DNA of 64,000 nucleotides from an uncultured virus (IMG/VR IMGVR_UViG_3300049171_000081). Lineage: Duplodnaviria > Heunggongvirae > Uroviricota > Caudoviricetes. Positions within the stretch are counted from its first letter, which is position 1, and each line of letters opens with the position of its first letter. The notes beneath the pieces were generated by a model, which was given only the letters and a program-made list of their open reading frames with translations, did not search any database and had not been told where the DNA came from. The stretch covers positions 1-64,000 of the IMG/VR virus record IMGVR_UViG_3300049171_000081. One strand, written 5' to 3'. A program made the position numbers and the translations under genes. Of the stretch, positions 9,362 to 18,924 are shown piece by piece.

Positions 9362-9573
9362 AGCCCAGCGGCAACACTCCGGACCCCGACAATTTCCTGA
9401 AGGCCCTGGCCAAGATCAGCAAGAAGTACGGCGTCGAGATCGGCGGCTGCGGCTGCCAGGGCTCCCCGTACGTCTCCGACAAGAAGGGCCGCGTCCTCGT
9501 CGAAGGGCTGATGTTCTGCAAGCTCCACGACCGATACGGACCGAGTGCCGAGCACTACCACTGCGACGACTGA
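9358..9573 (+). CDS. Hypothetical protein (GCGC motif)
   Basis: GTGA coupling. Confidence 0.6.
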   Translation: MKPSGNTPDPDNFLKALAKISKKYGVEIGGCGCQGSPYVSDKKGRVLVEGLMFCKLHDRYGPSAEHYHCDD

Positions 9574-9595
9574 CCGAACCGGCAAGGAGAAGAAA

Positions 9596-10237
9596 ATGAA
9601 GGAACGCTGGCCCGACTTCACATTCGTCGGCATCGACCTGGAGTTCCTCCGGGACATTCCCGGTCAGCCCGGACTCATCTCAATGGCCCTGGCCTACCGA
9701 GACAAGGACCACCGGACTCACTCCCTCTACGTGATCAACGGCGACGTCGACCAGGACGAGGTCCTCAGGCGGCCCTGGATGGTGGACAACGTCTGGTCCA
9801 AGCTGCCGCTCGACACCGACGGGCGCTACTTGGACCTGCGGTCTTCTGAGGTCCAGGCGTACTACGACATCCCGGGTCTCGTCAGCGACTTCCTCAGCCC
9901 GCTGACGGACGGGGAGAGTTACCGCCAGCACATCGGTCTGATCGCAGACCACGGCACCCAGGACGTGCAGCGTCTCCACGAGCTGTGGGGTCACGACTGG
10001 AGTCCGGGGGCGATGCCCCCGTGGATCCCGAAGCGACTCTTCCAGGACCTTGCCACGCTGGAAGACGTCGCGGGCGTGAGCGAGGGCAGGATGCCCGACG
10101 GGGAGCGTCTCCCCGAGATGGACCCCGTCAACGAGCACGTGGCCCTCTGGGACGCCGTGCATGACCTCGACGTCCTGGAGTTCCTCCTGGCTCGTTCACG
10201 GGCTGTGCGGGTCGCCTGCGGGGTCGAGCTGATCTGA
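9596..10237 (+). CDS. DEDD 3'-5' exonuclease (Rv2179c/RNase AS-like)
   Basis: IDLEFL, LISMAL, WMVDNVWSKLP, HVALWDA motifs. Confidence 0.75.
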   Translation: MKERWPDFTFVGIDLEFLRDIPGQPGLISMALAYRDKDHRTHSLYVINGDVDQDEVLRRPWMVDNVWSKLPLDTDGRYLDLRSSEVQAYYDIPGLVSDFLSPLTDGESYRQHIGLIADHGTQDVQRLHELWGHDWSPGAMPPWIPKRLFQDLATLEDVAGVSEGRMPDGERLPEMDPVNEHVALWDAVHDLDVLEFLLARSRAVRVACGVELI

Positions 10238-10247
10238 CCCAAGGCGC

Positions 10248-10285
10248 AAGGGGCGGGTCCCGGACGCAGCCGGGGCCCGCCCTTC
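10248..10285 (+). terminator. Hairpin terminator
   Basis: GGGCGGGTCCCGG / CCGGGGCCCGCCC inverted repeat after stop. Confidence 0.55.
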
Positions 10286-10384
10286 CCGTTCCCCGAACCT
10301 TTGAGTGGTTGTTTTTTGGTCCACTGGTGTACTAAACTTGCACCAAGGTCATCGAAGGATGGCCTCGGAGGGGAGAGGAAAAGA

Positions 10385-11128
10385 ATGAGGACTGGCGACC
10401 GGTACGAGAACGTGAAGACCGGCGAGATCGTCTCCATCCTGAACATCCGCACCGAGGACGGGCAAGCGACTGTCGCCCATCTTGACGACGAGGGTCGTCC
10501 CGTGAGTGCGTTCTCGGTTCCGCTCAGTCGATTTCGTTCGGGAATCTGCGGCAGGAACGGCGCTCCGTACAAGACCGGGTACATTCCGATGGACAACCCG
10601 GCCGCGCGGAATGAAACGGAGAGCGCCATCGACGAGGAAGCGCTGAATTCTCTCGACAAGGATCAGCTCGCCGCCTATCTCGAAAACCTTCCGGACGACC
10701 AGCTCACCAACCTGGGTGCCAAGTACCACGAAATCCAGGCGAAGGCGAAGGCGGTCGAAGACGCGGTCAAGAAGGTGATCGTCGCGAGGAAGAGGCCGCA
10801 CGGTACGTACGTCCACGGCAATTCCACGTACGTCGTGTCGCCGAACTCCCGTTTCGACGACGCCACGGCCAAGAAGAACCTCCCCAAGGAGGAATACGCG
10901 CGGATCTGCGTGCCGAAGGCCGATTCCACCCTCGCGAAGAAGATGTTCGGAGGAGAGGACTCTCCGCTCTACCGGCTCTGCCAGAAGGACCTCGGGGCAC
11001 CGAAGGTCACCCTTCGGGCGGCCACCGACAAGGACCGGGCAGAAGCCGTGAACACTCCGGTCCAGGGCGACGCGTTCAACGGGGACATCCTCGAAGACTT
11101 CGACCTGGGAGACATCGAGATCGGCTGA
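10385..11128 (+). CDS. Hypothetical phage protein with acidic C-terminus
   Basis: RBS GAGAGGA; ends EDFDLGDIEIG. Confidence 0.7.
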   Translation: MRTGDRYENVKTGEIVSILNIRTEDGQATVAHLDDEGRPVSAFSVPLSRFRSGICGRNGAPYKTGYIPMDNPAARNETESAIDEEALNSLDKDQLAAYLENLPDDQLTNLGAKYHEIQAKAKAVEDAVKKVIVARKRPHGTYVHGNSTYVVSPNSRFDDATAKKNLPKEEYARICVPKADSTLAKKMFGGEDSPLYRLCQKDLGAPKVTLRAATDKDRAEAVNTPVQGDAFNGDILEDFDLGDIEIG

Positions 11129-11136
11129 CGAAAAAG

Positions 11137-11171
11137 CAGATTCCGCCCGTCCCCTGCTCGGGCGGAATCTG
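11137..11171 (+). terminator. Hairpin terminator
   Basis: CAGATTCCGCCC / GGGCGGAATCTG. Confidence 0.65.
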
Positions 11172-11189
11172 TCGTGTCAGGATACCTGC

Positions 11190-11900
11190 ATGTTTCGAGA
11201 CGTCGCCGTTCTCATACCTTTCGGCAACGAGACGCCCTTGAGGAAACAGGCTCTGGGGCACGTGGCGAAATGGTACCTGGAGACCCTTCCTTTGGCTTCG
11301 GTCGGGACCGGAGGAAGCGACGGCGTCTGGTGCAAGGCGGAAGCCGTCGCCGAAGCCCTGAAGGAGACCTCGGCCGAGATCCTCGTGATCGCCGACGCGG
11401 ACTGCATCGCACCTGGAATCCACGAAGCCATTCGCAACGTGCGTCAGGGGGCCTCCTGGGCCATGCCGCACACCAAGGTCTACCGGCTCAACGAAAGCGC
11501 GACCCAGACGGTCCTGGGCGGGCGCAACCCGGCCGAACTGGCAGGAGTGCCCGCCCATCAGGACCAGGACCCGTACATCGGGTTCGAGGGCGGCGGGGTG
11601 ACGGTCCTTCGGCGGTCCGTCTATCTCAACTGCCCACTGGATCCGGAGTTCCGGGGGTGGGGTCAGGAGGACGAAGCGTGGGCTGTCGCCCTGAACGCCC
11701 TCCACGGCCCGCCCCGGCGAAGCCCGGCCCCGCTCTACCACCTGTTCCACGAGAAGCCGTCACGGATCAACCGCTACGCCGGTTCCGTGGCCAGCGTCCA
11801 GCGCCTCTGTCAGTACAAGGAGGCCGAAGTGACAGGAAGTTGGAATGAAATTCTCGAAACTGCGAGGAATCTCCTGAGGAGTGTCAGTGGTGTTCCCTAA
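11190..11900 (+). CDS. GT-A glycosyltransferase (galactosyltransferase/GT7-like C-terminus)
   Basis: VAVLIPF, IADADC (DxD), FRGWGQEDE, LYHLFH. Confidence 0.8.
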   Translation: MFRDVAVLIPFGNETPLRKQALGHVAKWYLETLPLASVGTGGSDGVWCKAEAVAEALKETSAEILVIADADCIAPGIHEAIRNVRQGASWAMPHTKVYRLNESATQTVLGGRNPAELAGVPAHQDQDPYIGFEGGGVTVLRRSVYLNCPLDPEFRGWGQEDEAWAVALNALHGPPRRSPAPLYHLFHEKPSRINRYAGSVASVQRLCQYKEAEVTGSWNEILETARNLLRSVSGVP

Positions 11901-11909
11901 GCTGGCGGC

Positions 11910-12755
11910 ATGAGCAACCAAACCAGCGACGAAATGACAGGGGAGCAGCTCGACGACTTCGCCCTGGGCCTCGCCACTGCCACGATCATGCGCCCCTCGA
12001 AGCGCGACCAGCAGAGCGCCCCCGGTCCGAGTGATCTGGCCGACGACTGCGACCGGTGCCTGGGCGGAAAGATCGCCCACTACCTGGGGCTCGGCTCTCC
12101 CGTGATGTCGGGGTTCTCCTTGGCCGCCTGGGTAGGAACGGCCGTCCACGAGAAGATGGAGCGCGACCTTCCCAAGGTGTACCGACATGCGGAGATCGAG
12201 ATCGATGTCGAGGTCGGTGATGTCCCGGATCTCGGGCACATCACCGGGCACACCGACGTGTTCCTGACCAACAAGTACACGGTCATCGACTGGAAGACCG
12301 CGTACAAGGAGGCCATCTTCCGGTACCGAAAGGCGGCTCGGGTTCCGGCGGAACTCCTGTCGGCGAACGAGGTCAGGGAGCTGGAGGACCTGAAGGCACT
12401 GGACCGGGAGAGCCGGTCCACTCCGGAGAGCCTGCTCCGCCTGGTCGAGCTGATGGCGAAGGCCAACCCGGACGGCAACGGACTTCCGGGCAACTATGTC
12501 CGGCAGACGCAGGTGTATCTCTACGGCCTGCACCGCATGGGTCGCAAGGTACGTCGCGCCGTCCTCGTCTTCATCCCCCGGGACAGCAACAGCATCGACG
12601 ACGTCTGGGCGGCGGGCTTCACGTACCGACCGGAGATCGCCGAGGCCGTACTCCAGAGGGCCTCCCACCTGGCACGACTCGTCAAGGCGGGCAAGCTCAA
12701 CGAGCTGCGTACCAAAAGTGGATGCTACGTGTGCTCAAAAGCTCGACGCCTCTGA
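11910..12755 (+). CDS. Cas4-like PD-(D/E)XK exonuclease
   Basis: GPSDL..CDRC, GTAVH, GHTD...VIDWKT, QTQVYLYG, terminal CYVC. Confidence 0.82.
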   Translation: MSNQTSDEMTGEQLDDFALGLATATIMRPSKRDQQSAPGPSDLADDCDRCLGGKIAHYLGLGSPVMSGFSLAAWVGTAVHEKMERDLPKVYRHAEIEIDVEVGDVPDLGHITGHTDVFLTNKYTVIDWKTAYKEAIFRYRKAARVPAELLSANEVRELEDLKALDRESRSTPESLLRLVELMAKANPDGNGLPGNYVRQTQVYLYGLHRMGRKVRRAVLVFIPRDSNSIDDVWAAGFTYRPEIAEAVLQRASHLARLVKAGKLNELRTKSGCYVCSKARRL

Positions 12756-12842
12756 CTCGAATCTGGTACGCTGGAAGCACAGAAAGAGAACACACGAAAT
12801 CAACGAAGCGATGAAGAAGACACCGGCAGTGAGGACAACAGG

Positions 12843-14018
12843 ATGAGCGAACTGGTCAAGAGGAACCCGGACTTCGATCCGGAGGCGATCAAGAAGAGCA
12901 AGCTGCTCCCGGAGCATCTCCAGAACGACCGGGCTTCCCTGGAGTTCATGGCGATCATCGCCGACGGTCTGGGCATCAAGCCCGGCACTGCCATCCAGCA
13001 CATCTACGTCTTCAAGCCGAAGAACGGCAACCGCCTCCAAGCAGGGATGTCGGCCCACCTGTACGGTGCTCTCGCCATCGCCGCAGGTCATGACCTGCAC
13101 GTCTCCGGCAACGCCATCGAGGCCAAGGGTGTCCTCATCCGCAAGGCCGACAACGAGAAGATCCAGCGATACCGGATCCTCGCCGAGGACGAACGCCGCA
13201 ATCGTCAGCAGGCCATCGAAACAGCCCACGGCCTGTACCGGCACGAACGCGAGTTCCTCCGGGACCAGATCGAGGACCTGGAGAGGCTGGCCCTGATCGC
13301 CGCCGAGAAGCCCGACAGCCCCGAGGCCAAGGGAGTTCAGGCGGAGATCGCGAAGATCCAGAAGCAGCTTCAGGGATTGCAGAAACAGTACGGCTTCGAC
13401 ACTCTTCGCCAGAGCCTCACCCAGGGTTCACCGTTCGATCTGGAGAAGATTCTCCGGCACGAGGTGGTCTGGACGATGGCCATGGCGCAGCAGGCGGGCT
13501 TCACCAGCAATCCGAAGTACGGAACCCAGCCTCGCGAGATGTTGGAAGCTCGGGCTCAGGTCAGCGTCGTCCGGCGAGGTGCGATCGACGTGATCCTCGG
13601 CGTCCGTTCCTTCTTCGCCGACCTTGGCGTGGAGTACGACGGCGACCCGAACAAGGACCTGGCGATCGACGGTCTCCTTCTCGACGAGGACGAGATGCAC
13701 CTCATTCAGGGCAGCGACGGCGAACCGATCATGGACGCGGAACTGGTCGACGTCACCTCTCCAAAGGTCAGCCCCCGGCAGGCCCAGCTTCTGGACCTCG
13801 CGGCGGAAGGTGTCTCCAAGCGTGACGCCGACGGTGTCGCCCGATGGGCCCAGAGCATCCTGGCCAACGAGAAGCGGTCCGCCCGGCAGCGGGAGACCCA
13901 GCTCATGGCTATCCAGAGCGTCCTCCTGGAGGACCCCAAGGGGGACACCCTCCTGGAGAACGGCAACACCCTGAGGGACGAAATCCGCACCCTCACCGAC
14001 TCACTCACCGCCAAGTAA
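12843..14018 (+). CDS. RecT-like single-strand annealing protein with coiled-coil insertion
   Basis: LGIKPGTAIQHIYV, MSAHL, WTMAMAQQAG, PREMLEARA; adjacent to exonuclease. Confidence 0.7.
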   Translation: MSELVKRNPDFDPEAIKKSKLLPEHLQNDRASLEFMAIIADGLGIKPGTAIQHIYVFKPKNGNRLQAGMSAHLYGALAIAAGHDLHVSGNAIEAKGVLIRKADNEKIQRYRILAEDERRNRQQAIETAHGLYRHEREFLRDQIEDLERLALIAAEKPDSPEAKGVQAEIAKIQKQLQGLQKQYGFDTLRQSLTQGSPFDLEKILRHEVVWTMAMAQQAGFTSNPKYGTQPREMLEARAQVSVVRRGAIDVILGVRSFFADLGVEYDGDPNKDLAIDGLLLDEDEMHLIQGSDGEPIMDAELVDVTSPKVSPRQAQLLDLAAEGVSKRDADGVARWAQSILANEKRSARQRETQLMAIQSVLLEDPKGDTLLENGNTLRDEIRTLTDSLTAK

Positions 14019-14055
14019 ACCCACACGAAAACACGAAGAAGAGAAGGACATAGAG

Positions 14056-15318
14056 ATGAGCGACGAGTTCCAGGACGACCCGTTCAACAGCACCGACAAC
14101 GACGGCGAGGGTGTGGTCGACGCCGACATCGTCGAGGAGGACGAGACCGAGGAGGACGAGTTCGACATCCTCGGCGACGACGACCTCGAAGGCTTCTCCG
14201 AGACGGAGGACGGCGAGGCCCTCAAGGCCCAGGCCGACTCCGGCAAGAAGTACCGCGACCCCACCGAGGTCGGCCTCAAGGACCGTCAGTGGGTCCCCGT
14301 GGTCGTCAAGGAGATCACCGTCCACAAGAAGTACGCGCCGGAGTTCGGCGGCAACCCCGTGGTCCTCGCCAAGGACAAGACGGGCAAGCTGAAGTACCTC
14401 TTCAACGATGTCGCAGCCGCCATCCAGGACGGTGCGACCCCGATGATCGGCGAGTACAAGCTCCCCTACGTCGTCGTCAAGATGAACCACGTGGCCCCGG
14501 CCTACGGCGAGCGGTTCTTCGACTACCAGGCCGACATCCCGATCCTCCCGATCATGACGAAGTACCGGAACGACCCGCGTGAGGGTCAGCTCCCGGGCTA
14601 CAAGAACGAGAGGGGACTCGCCTTCCGTAAGGCGGCCGAGGTCCTCGCCGAGGGCGAGACCATGACCATGGCCAACATGGAGGAGATCCACCTCCGCGCC
14701 AAGGGCACCGTCGTGATGGCCCAGCTCAACATCTACCAGAAGTCGAACCCGATCGCCCAGCAGGTCTGGGAGAACAACAAGCCGATCATGGTGCGTCTGG
14801 ACCCGGCCGTGGGCGGACCGCTGCGGGTCTTCAAGAACGAGGCCACCGGCCAGTACATCAAGGTCGGCACCGCCGAGGTCGTCGAGGAGCTGAACGATCT
14901 GGACGAGACGGCCGAGCGGGTTCTGCTTTACCCGCTGGGCGACGGCGAGTTCGCCATCCTCGACGACGGCCCGGCGGCCGGTCGCCTCACCAAGATGGTC
15001 AAGCCCTGGACCGACACTCTGATGCCGGGCGGACAGCCGGTGCCGTTCCTCCCGGTCCCCGAGCGGGACATCCAGGTCGAGACCCTGGACGGCACCATGA
15101 TGGCGGGTGAGATCACCTGGGACACGATCGGCAACATCTGCCCGACCCTCGCCCCGGGTGCCTCGGTCGACGTGCTCCTCCAGAACGGCCGCACCGTCCA
15201 GGCGATCTACATGAAGTCGCACTGGGTCGAGATGGCGACCGAAGGCACCCCCTCGGTCCCCGCTCAGCGGCAGGAGGCTCCGGCCCGTGAGGAGCAGGTG
15301 ACCGGCCAGGCCGCCTGA
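14056..15318 (+). CDS. Hypothetical replication-module protein, acidic N-terminus (possible SSB-like)
   Basis: Strong codon bias; located between RecT-like and primase genes. Confidence 0.7.
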   Translation: MSDEFQDDPFNSTDNDGEGVVDADIVEEDETEEDEFDILGDDDLEGFSETEDGEALKAQADSGKKYRDPTEVGLKDRQWVPVVVKEITVHKKYAPEFGGNPVVLAKDKTGKLKYLFNDVAAAIQDGATPMIGEYKLPYVVVKMNHVAPAYGERFFDYQADIPILPIMTKYRNDPREGQLPGYKNERGLAFRKAAEVLAEGETMTMANMEEIHLRAKGTVVMAQLNIYQKSNPIAQQVWENNKPIMVRLDPAVGGPLRVFKNEATGQYIKVGTAEVVEELNDLDETAERVLLYPLGDGEFAILDDGPAAGRLTKMVKPWTDTLMPGGQPVPFLPVPERDIQVETLDGTMMAGEITWDTIGNICPTLAPGASVDVLLQNGRTVQAIYMKSHWVEMATEGTPSVPAQRQEAPAREEQVTGQAA

Positions 15319-15360
15319 TCCCGCGCCGGTAACGGTACGAAGGCCCCGGCCTTCACACGG

Positions 15361-15399
15361 CAAGCCCCTCGGTCCTCCCTGTGGAGGCCGGGGGGCTTG
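15361..15399 (+). terminator. Hairpin terminator
   Basis: CAAGCCCCTCGG...CCGGGGGGCTTG followed by a T-rich tract. Confidence 0.6.
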
Positions 15400-15664
15400 T
15401 TCGTTTTCGCTGATAACCCAATACAAGGAAACTCAAAAGAAATTGACGAGCAACTCGAATAACTGAATGCGAGGAAACCTCGTTTCTTCTCCTTCCGTGT
15501 CCTTGCTTTTCCTCGGGAAGTTGCTGACTGAAGCGATACATCTGGCGGCGAAATAGCGTCGGGCGGATACGATCAGTTTTCAGTCCGTGAAATCGGGTGG
15601 GATCTCCCGTGACCTCCGCCCCTTCGCGCTCCCGGGAAACGTCGCAAGCACGAGGAGAAGCACA

Positions 15665-17932
15665 TTGAGTTTCGTCTTCTTCGATACTCTCTTCCCGCCG
15701 GTCTCCGAAGACGGAAAAGACCTGGGATTCGTTGCTGTCTCCCTCTACCCCGGCGGAACCTTCAACAACGAAGAGGGCCCCACCCAGACGCACTTCTTCG
15801 CGTGGCCCAGCCAGAGGGACGACCTCGTCGCCTTCTGTCTGCACAACACAGAGAAGGACATCTACACCGTCCCGGCGCTGTTCGGCACCCGCAGCAGCCG
15901 CAAGGCCGCCAACATCGTCCACCAGTGGGCCGCCTACGCCGACGCCGACGACCTCGACCTGACCAAGGTGAAGACCGAGCCCACCATGGTCGTCGAGACC
16001 AGCGAGGGGCGGCACCACCTGTACTGGGTGACCAACGTCGACGACCCCACCCGCCTGGTGGCGATATCCCGGGGCATCGCCGAGGTGCACAAGGCAGACG
16101 GCTGCGACCCCGGGGGCTGGGACGCAGGCCAACTCCTGCGAGTCCCGGGCACATCCAACAACAAGCGTCAGCGCTGGCAGATACCCCAGCCCAAGATGGG
16201 CCCGACGTACGACGTCGACGCGCTCGCCAAGATCTACCCGCCCTTCGAGAAGAGCGAGCGGCCGGTCGAAGGCGATGCGATGCCGCCCAAGACGACCTGG
16301 TACTACACGGCCCAGTCGATCCGCGAAAGCGCCGAGGCGTTCCGATCGTCGCCGGAGATCTACGAGCTGTACGCCCAGGACCTGCGCCCCGACCAGGACC
16401 GCTCCCGAATGCTGTGGAAGCTCCTCAGCCTGCTCTCCCGGCTGAGCGTCTCCCGGCTCACCGCGATGCACATCGCCTGGGACGCCAAGTGCAACAAGTA
16501 CAAGATCGAGGGTCGCCCGGAAGAACACCTCTGGAACCAGCTCTGCAAGGCGTACCAGGACCCCGAGAACCAGCCGATCAAAAGCTCGTTCGCCAACCCG
16601 GAATTCCGGAGCGCCGTCGACAAGAGCGACGAGAACCCGGAGAACAAGCTCCTCGCATTCGCCGAGTCGGTGGCCATTCTGAATCCGGAGGAGCGCGACC
16701 GGGTTCCCGAGGACACGTTCATCGACCGGTATGCGAGCTGGGCCTCCACTCGGACCGACGCGCCTGAGATCTACCACCGGGCCATGGCCGCCATGATTCT
16801 CTCGGCGATCTTCGGTGAATTCGGAAAGTGTCCCACGAAGTTCGAGACCAACCTGACGCTCTGGTTCTTCATTCTCGGCCCGACCACCCGGGCAAGGAAG
16901 ACCACCGCGATGATGCTGGGCATCGACCTCATCGACGATTTGATGAACGACATGTTCCAGTACCTGCTCGGGTCGGACGTCACCTCCGAGGCCCTGTCCG
17001 CAATCCTTCCCCAGCGCAACGGCCGCACCTCGGTCTTCTACAGGGATGAAGCCCACGGGCTGTTGTTCGAACAGTCCCAGAAGCGCTACCTCGCGGGCGT
17101 CCGTGAGCACATGACCGAGCTGTTCTCCGGCCGCGTCCGCACCTCGCTCCGCGTCTCGAACCTGAAGGAGGTCGAGGAGCGGGACATGACGGTGATCCGT
17201 ACGAACTTCATCATGTACCTGTGCGGAACCCTCGACCAGGTGGCCGCCAACCTCACGCTGGAGGACTACCAGTCCGGCCACCTCGCGCGGTTCCTGATCG
17301 CCGAGGCCGACCCGCCGCCCATCACTCGCGAGGGCATGTACACCAGCCAGTTCGACGGTCAGACCCTTGAGGAGGACGCCGTCCGGCAGGGTCTGATCAA
17401 CGACATGGCGGCGGCCCGCACCTTCTGGCTCCAGGTGACCGCCCCCGGCGACCCCGTCATCATCCCGTTCGCCCCCGACGCCTGGGACCGCCTCCAGGAC
17501 GCGAAGTACGTGCTCTACAAGACGGCCGAGGACCACGAGCTGCGCGAGGTTCTGCTGCCCACCACGGCCCGCATGGGTGACTCCATGATGAAGCTGGCCG
17601 TCCTGATCGCCATGGGCGAGCGCGAGAAGGTGGTGAAGCTGCGTCACCTCTTCAAGGCCGCCGAGCTGGCCGAGGAGTGGTACCGGTGCACGGTGAAGGT
17701 CGCGGGCAAGATCCTGCACTCGGAGTGGGCGGCCCGGCAGAACGAGATCCTGACGGCGATCCAGACTCGGCGGGACGGACTGACCGAGCAGGACATCTAC
17801 TCCAGGTTCCGGTCCAAGGCACAGGAGAAGGACATCGAGTCCGATCTCCGTGTGCTCTGCAAGGCCAAGCTGATCCACCGGACCGAGGAACGCGGGCGGG
17901 TGCGCTACATCCCCCTGAGCCGAGCTGCCTGA
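15665..17932 (+). CDS. DNA primase (RepB-like) / helicase (DUF3987-like) fusion
   Basis: YADAD, VETSEGRHHLYW, LLRVPGTSN; GPTTRARKTT, RDE; TTG start after AGGAGA. Confidence 0.8.
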   Translation: MSFVFFDTLFPPVSEDGKDLGFVAVSLYPGGTFNNEEGPTQTHFFAWPSQRDDLVAFCLHNTEKDIYTVPALFGTRSSRKAANIVHQWAAYADADDLDLTKVKTEPTMVVETSEGRHHLYWVTNVDDPTRLVAISRGIAEVHKADGCDPGGWDAGQLLRVPGTSNNKRQRWQIPQPKMGPTYDVDALAKIYPPFEKSERPVEGDAMPPKTTWYYTAQSIRESAEAFRSSPEIYELYAQDLRPDQDRSRMLWKLLSLLSRLSVSRLTAMHIAWDAKCNKYKIEGRPEEHLWNQLCKAYQDPENQPIKSSFANPEFRSAVDKSDENPENKLLAFAESVAILNPEERDRVPEDTFIDRYASWASTRTDAPEIYHRAMAAMILSAIFGEFGKCPTKFETNLTLWFFILGPTTRARKTTAMMLGIDLIDDLMNDMFQYLLGSDVTSEALSAILPQRNGRTSVFYRDEAHGLLFEQSQKRYLAGVREHMTELFSGRVRTSLRVSNLKEVEERDMTVIRTNFIMYLCGTLDQVAANLTLEDYQSGHLARFLIAEADPPPITREGMYTSQFDGQTLEEDAVRQGLINDMAAARTFWLQVTAPGDPVIIPFAPDAWDRLQDAKYVLYKTAEDHELREVLLPTTARMGDSMMKLAVLIAMGEREKVVKLRHLFKAAELAEEWYRCTVKVAGKILHSEWAARQNEILTAIQTRRDGLTEQDIYSRFRSKAQEKDIESDLRVLCKAKLIHRTEERGRVRYIPLSRAA

Positions 17933-17952
17933 CCACCTGAAAGGTCCCCCGA

Positions 17953-18924
17953 ATGCCCCGGGTGTACAAACCCACCGGGCGTCCCGTGGGGCGGCCGACC
18001 GGGGACCGCTCAGGATCACCTCTCGAACGGGTGGAGAGGGCCAAGACACTCCTCCCGAACCTGAGGCACTTCCCGCACCTCGTGCGGGCGGTGGATCGCG
18101 CCCTCGCCTACCCCAACCTGACCGTCCTGCGGAGCCCGTACCCGAGCAATCCCGTCGACGTGGACGTGATGCACGTCTACAGCCCTGCCGAGCGGGGGCA
18201 GATCCTCGCGTTCGTGTGGTGGGCCTACGTGAACCGGAAGTGGTGGGCCAAGCGCCGCAGGCTCGCCGCGATCACTCTGCTGTCACCGCTGATGTTGTTC
18301 TCGTCGACCTTCTTCGAGGAGATGACGGGGATCCCGTTCAAGAACGCCTCGAAGTGGATGACGCGGCCGGAGGGGATGAGCGTCAGCCGGGTCACGGGGT
18401 CCGTCGACATGCGGTCCGTGCACCTAGCCTTGGAGGCCGCTACGCGGGGGGACGAGGAGTTCCGGCTCTTCGCTTCCGAGATGCATTCCAAGGGCTTCCC
18501 GAAGGCCGCTGTGTCCCGCCTGACGGGTGTCCCGCCGAAGGGCCTGCTGGATCCGCACGAGGGTATCCAGTTCACGCCCGTGTGGCCGGACCTCCACACC
18601 TTCTCGGTGTCCTCCCGGGAGACGTACCTGTACTGGCTCCGGGACGCCAGTGAGCTGGAGAAGAACCTGATGCCCGTGGTGTACGGGCAGGAGTGGGTTC
18701 GAGACGTACTCCCAGAAACGGGCCTGATTCGTACCGTTTTTACGGCAACTCCCGTTCCAAGAAACGGTGAGGATTGGTACCATTTTTGTATCCCAGGACT
18801 GCCAAAACCGCACCGCGCGAAGCGGCTCGGCCCGCGCTACTTCGAGAACATCCTCGCCTGGGAGACCAAGTACCTCCTGCCTGGACTGATGCCTACACGC
18901 GACGACACCGGGACTGACACATGA
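17953..18924 (+). CDS. Hypothetical protein (possibly DNA-binding)
   Basis: Between primase and PolA; ATGA-coupled to PolA. Confidence 0.65.
   Translation: MPRVYKPTGRPVGRPTGDRSGSPLERVERAKTLLPNLRHFPHLVRAVDRALAYPNLTVLRSPYPSNPVDVDVMHVYSPAERGQILAFVWWAYVNRKWWAKRRRLAAITLLSPLMLFSSTFFEEMTGIPFKNASKWMTRPEGMSVSRVTGSVDMRSVHLALEAATRGDEEFRLFASEMHSKGFPKAAVSRLTGVPPKGLLDPHEGIQFTPVWPDLHTFSVSSRETYLYWLRDASELEKNLMPVVYGQEWVRDVLPETGLIRTVFTATPVPRNGEDWYHFCIPGLPKPHRAKRLGPRYFENILAWETKYLLPGLMPTRDDTGTDT

Noticed and set aside
11910..12755. Cas4-like gene as a sign of CRISPR-Cas
   Set aside because: No repeat-spacer array or other cas genes seen; context is a phage exonuclease/RecT pair
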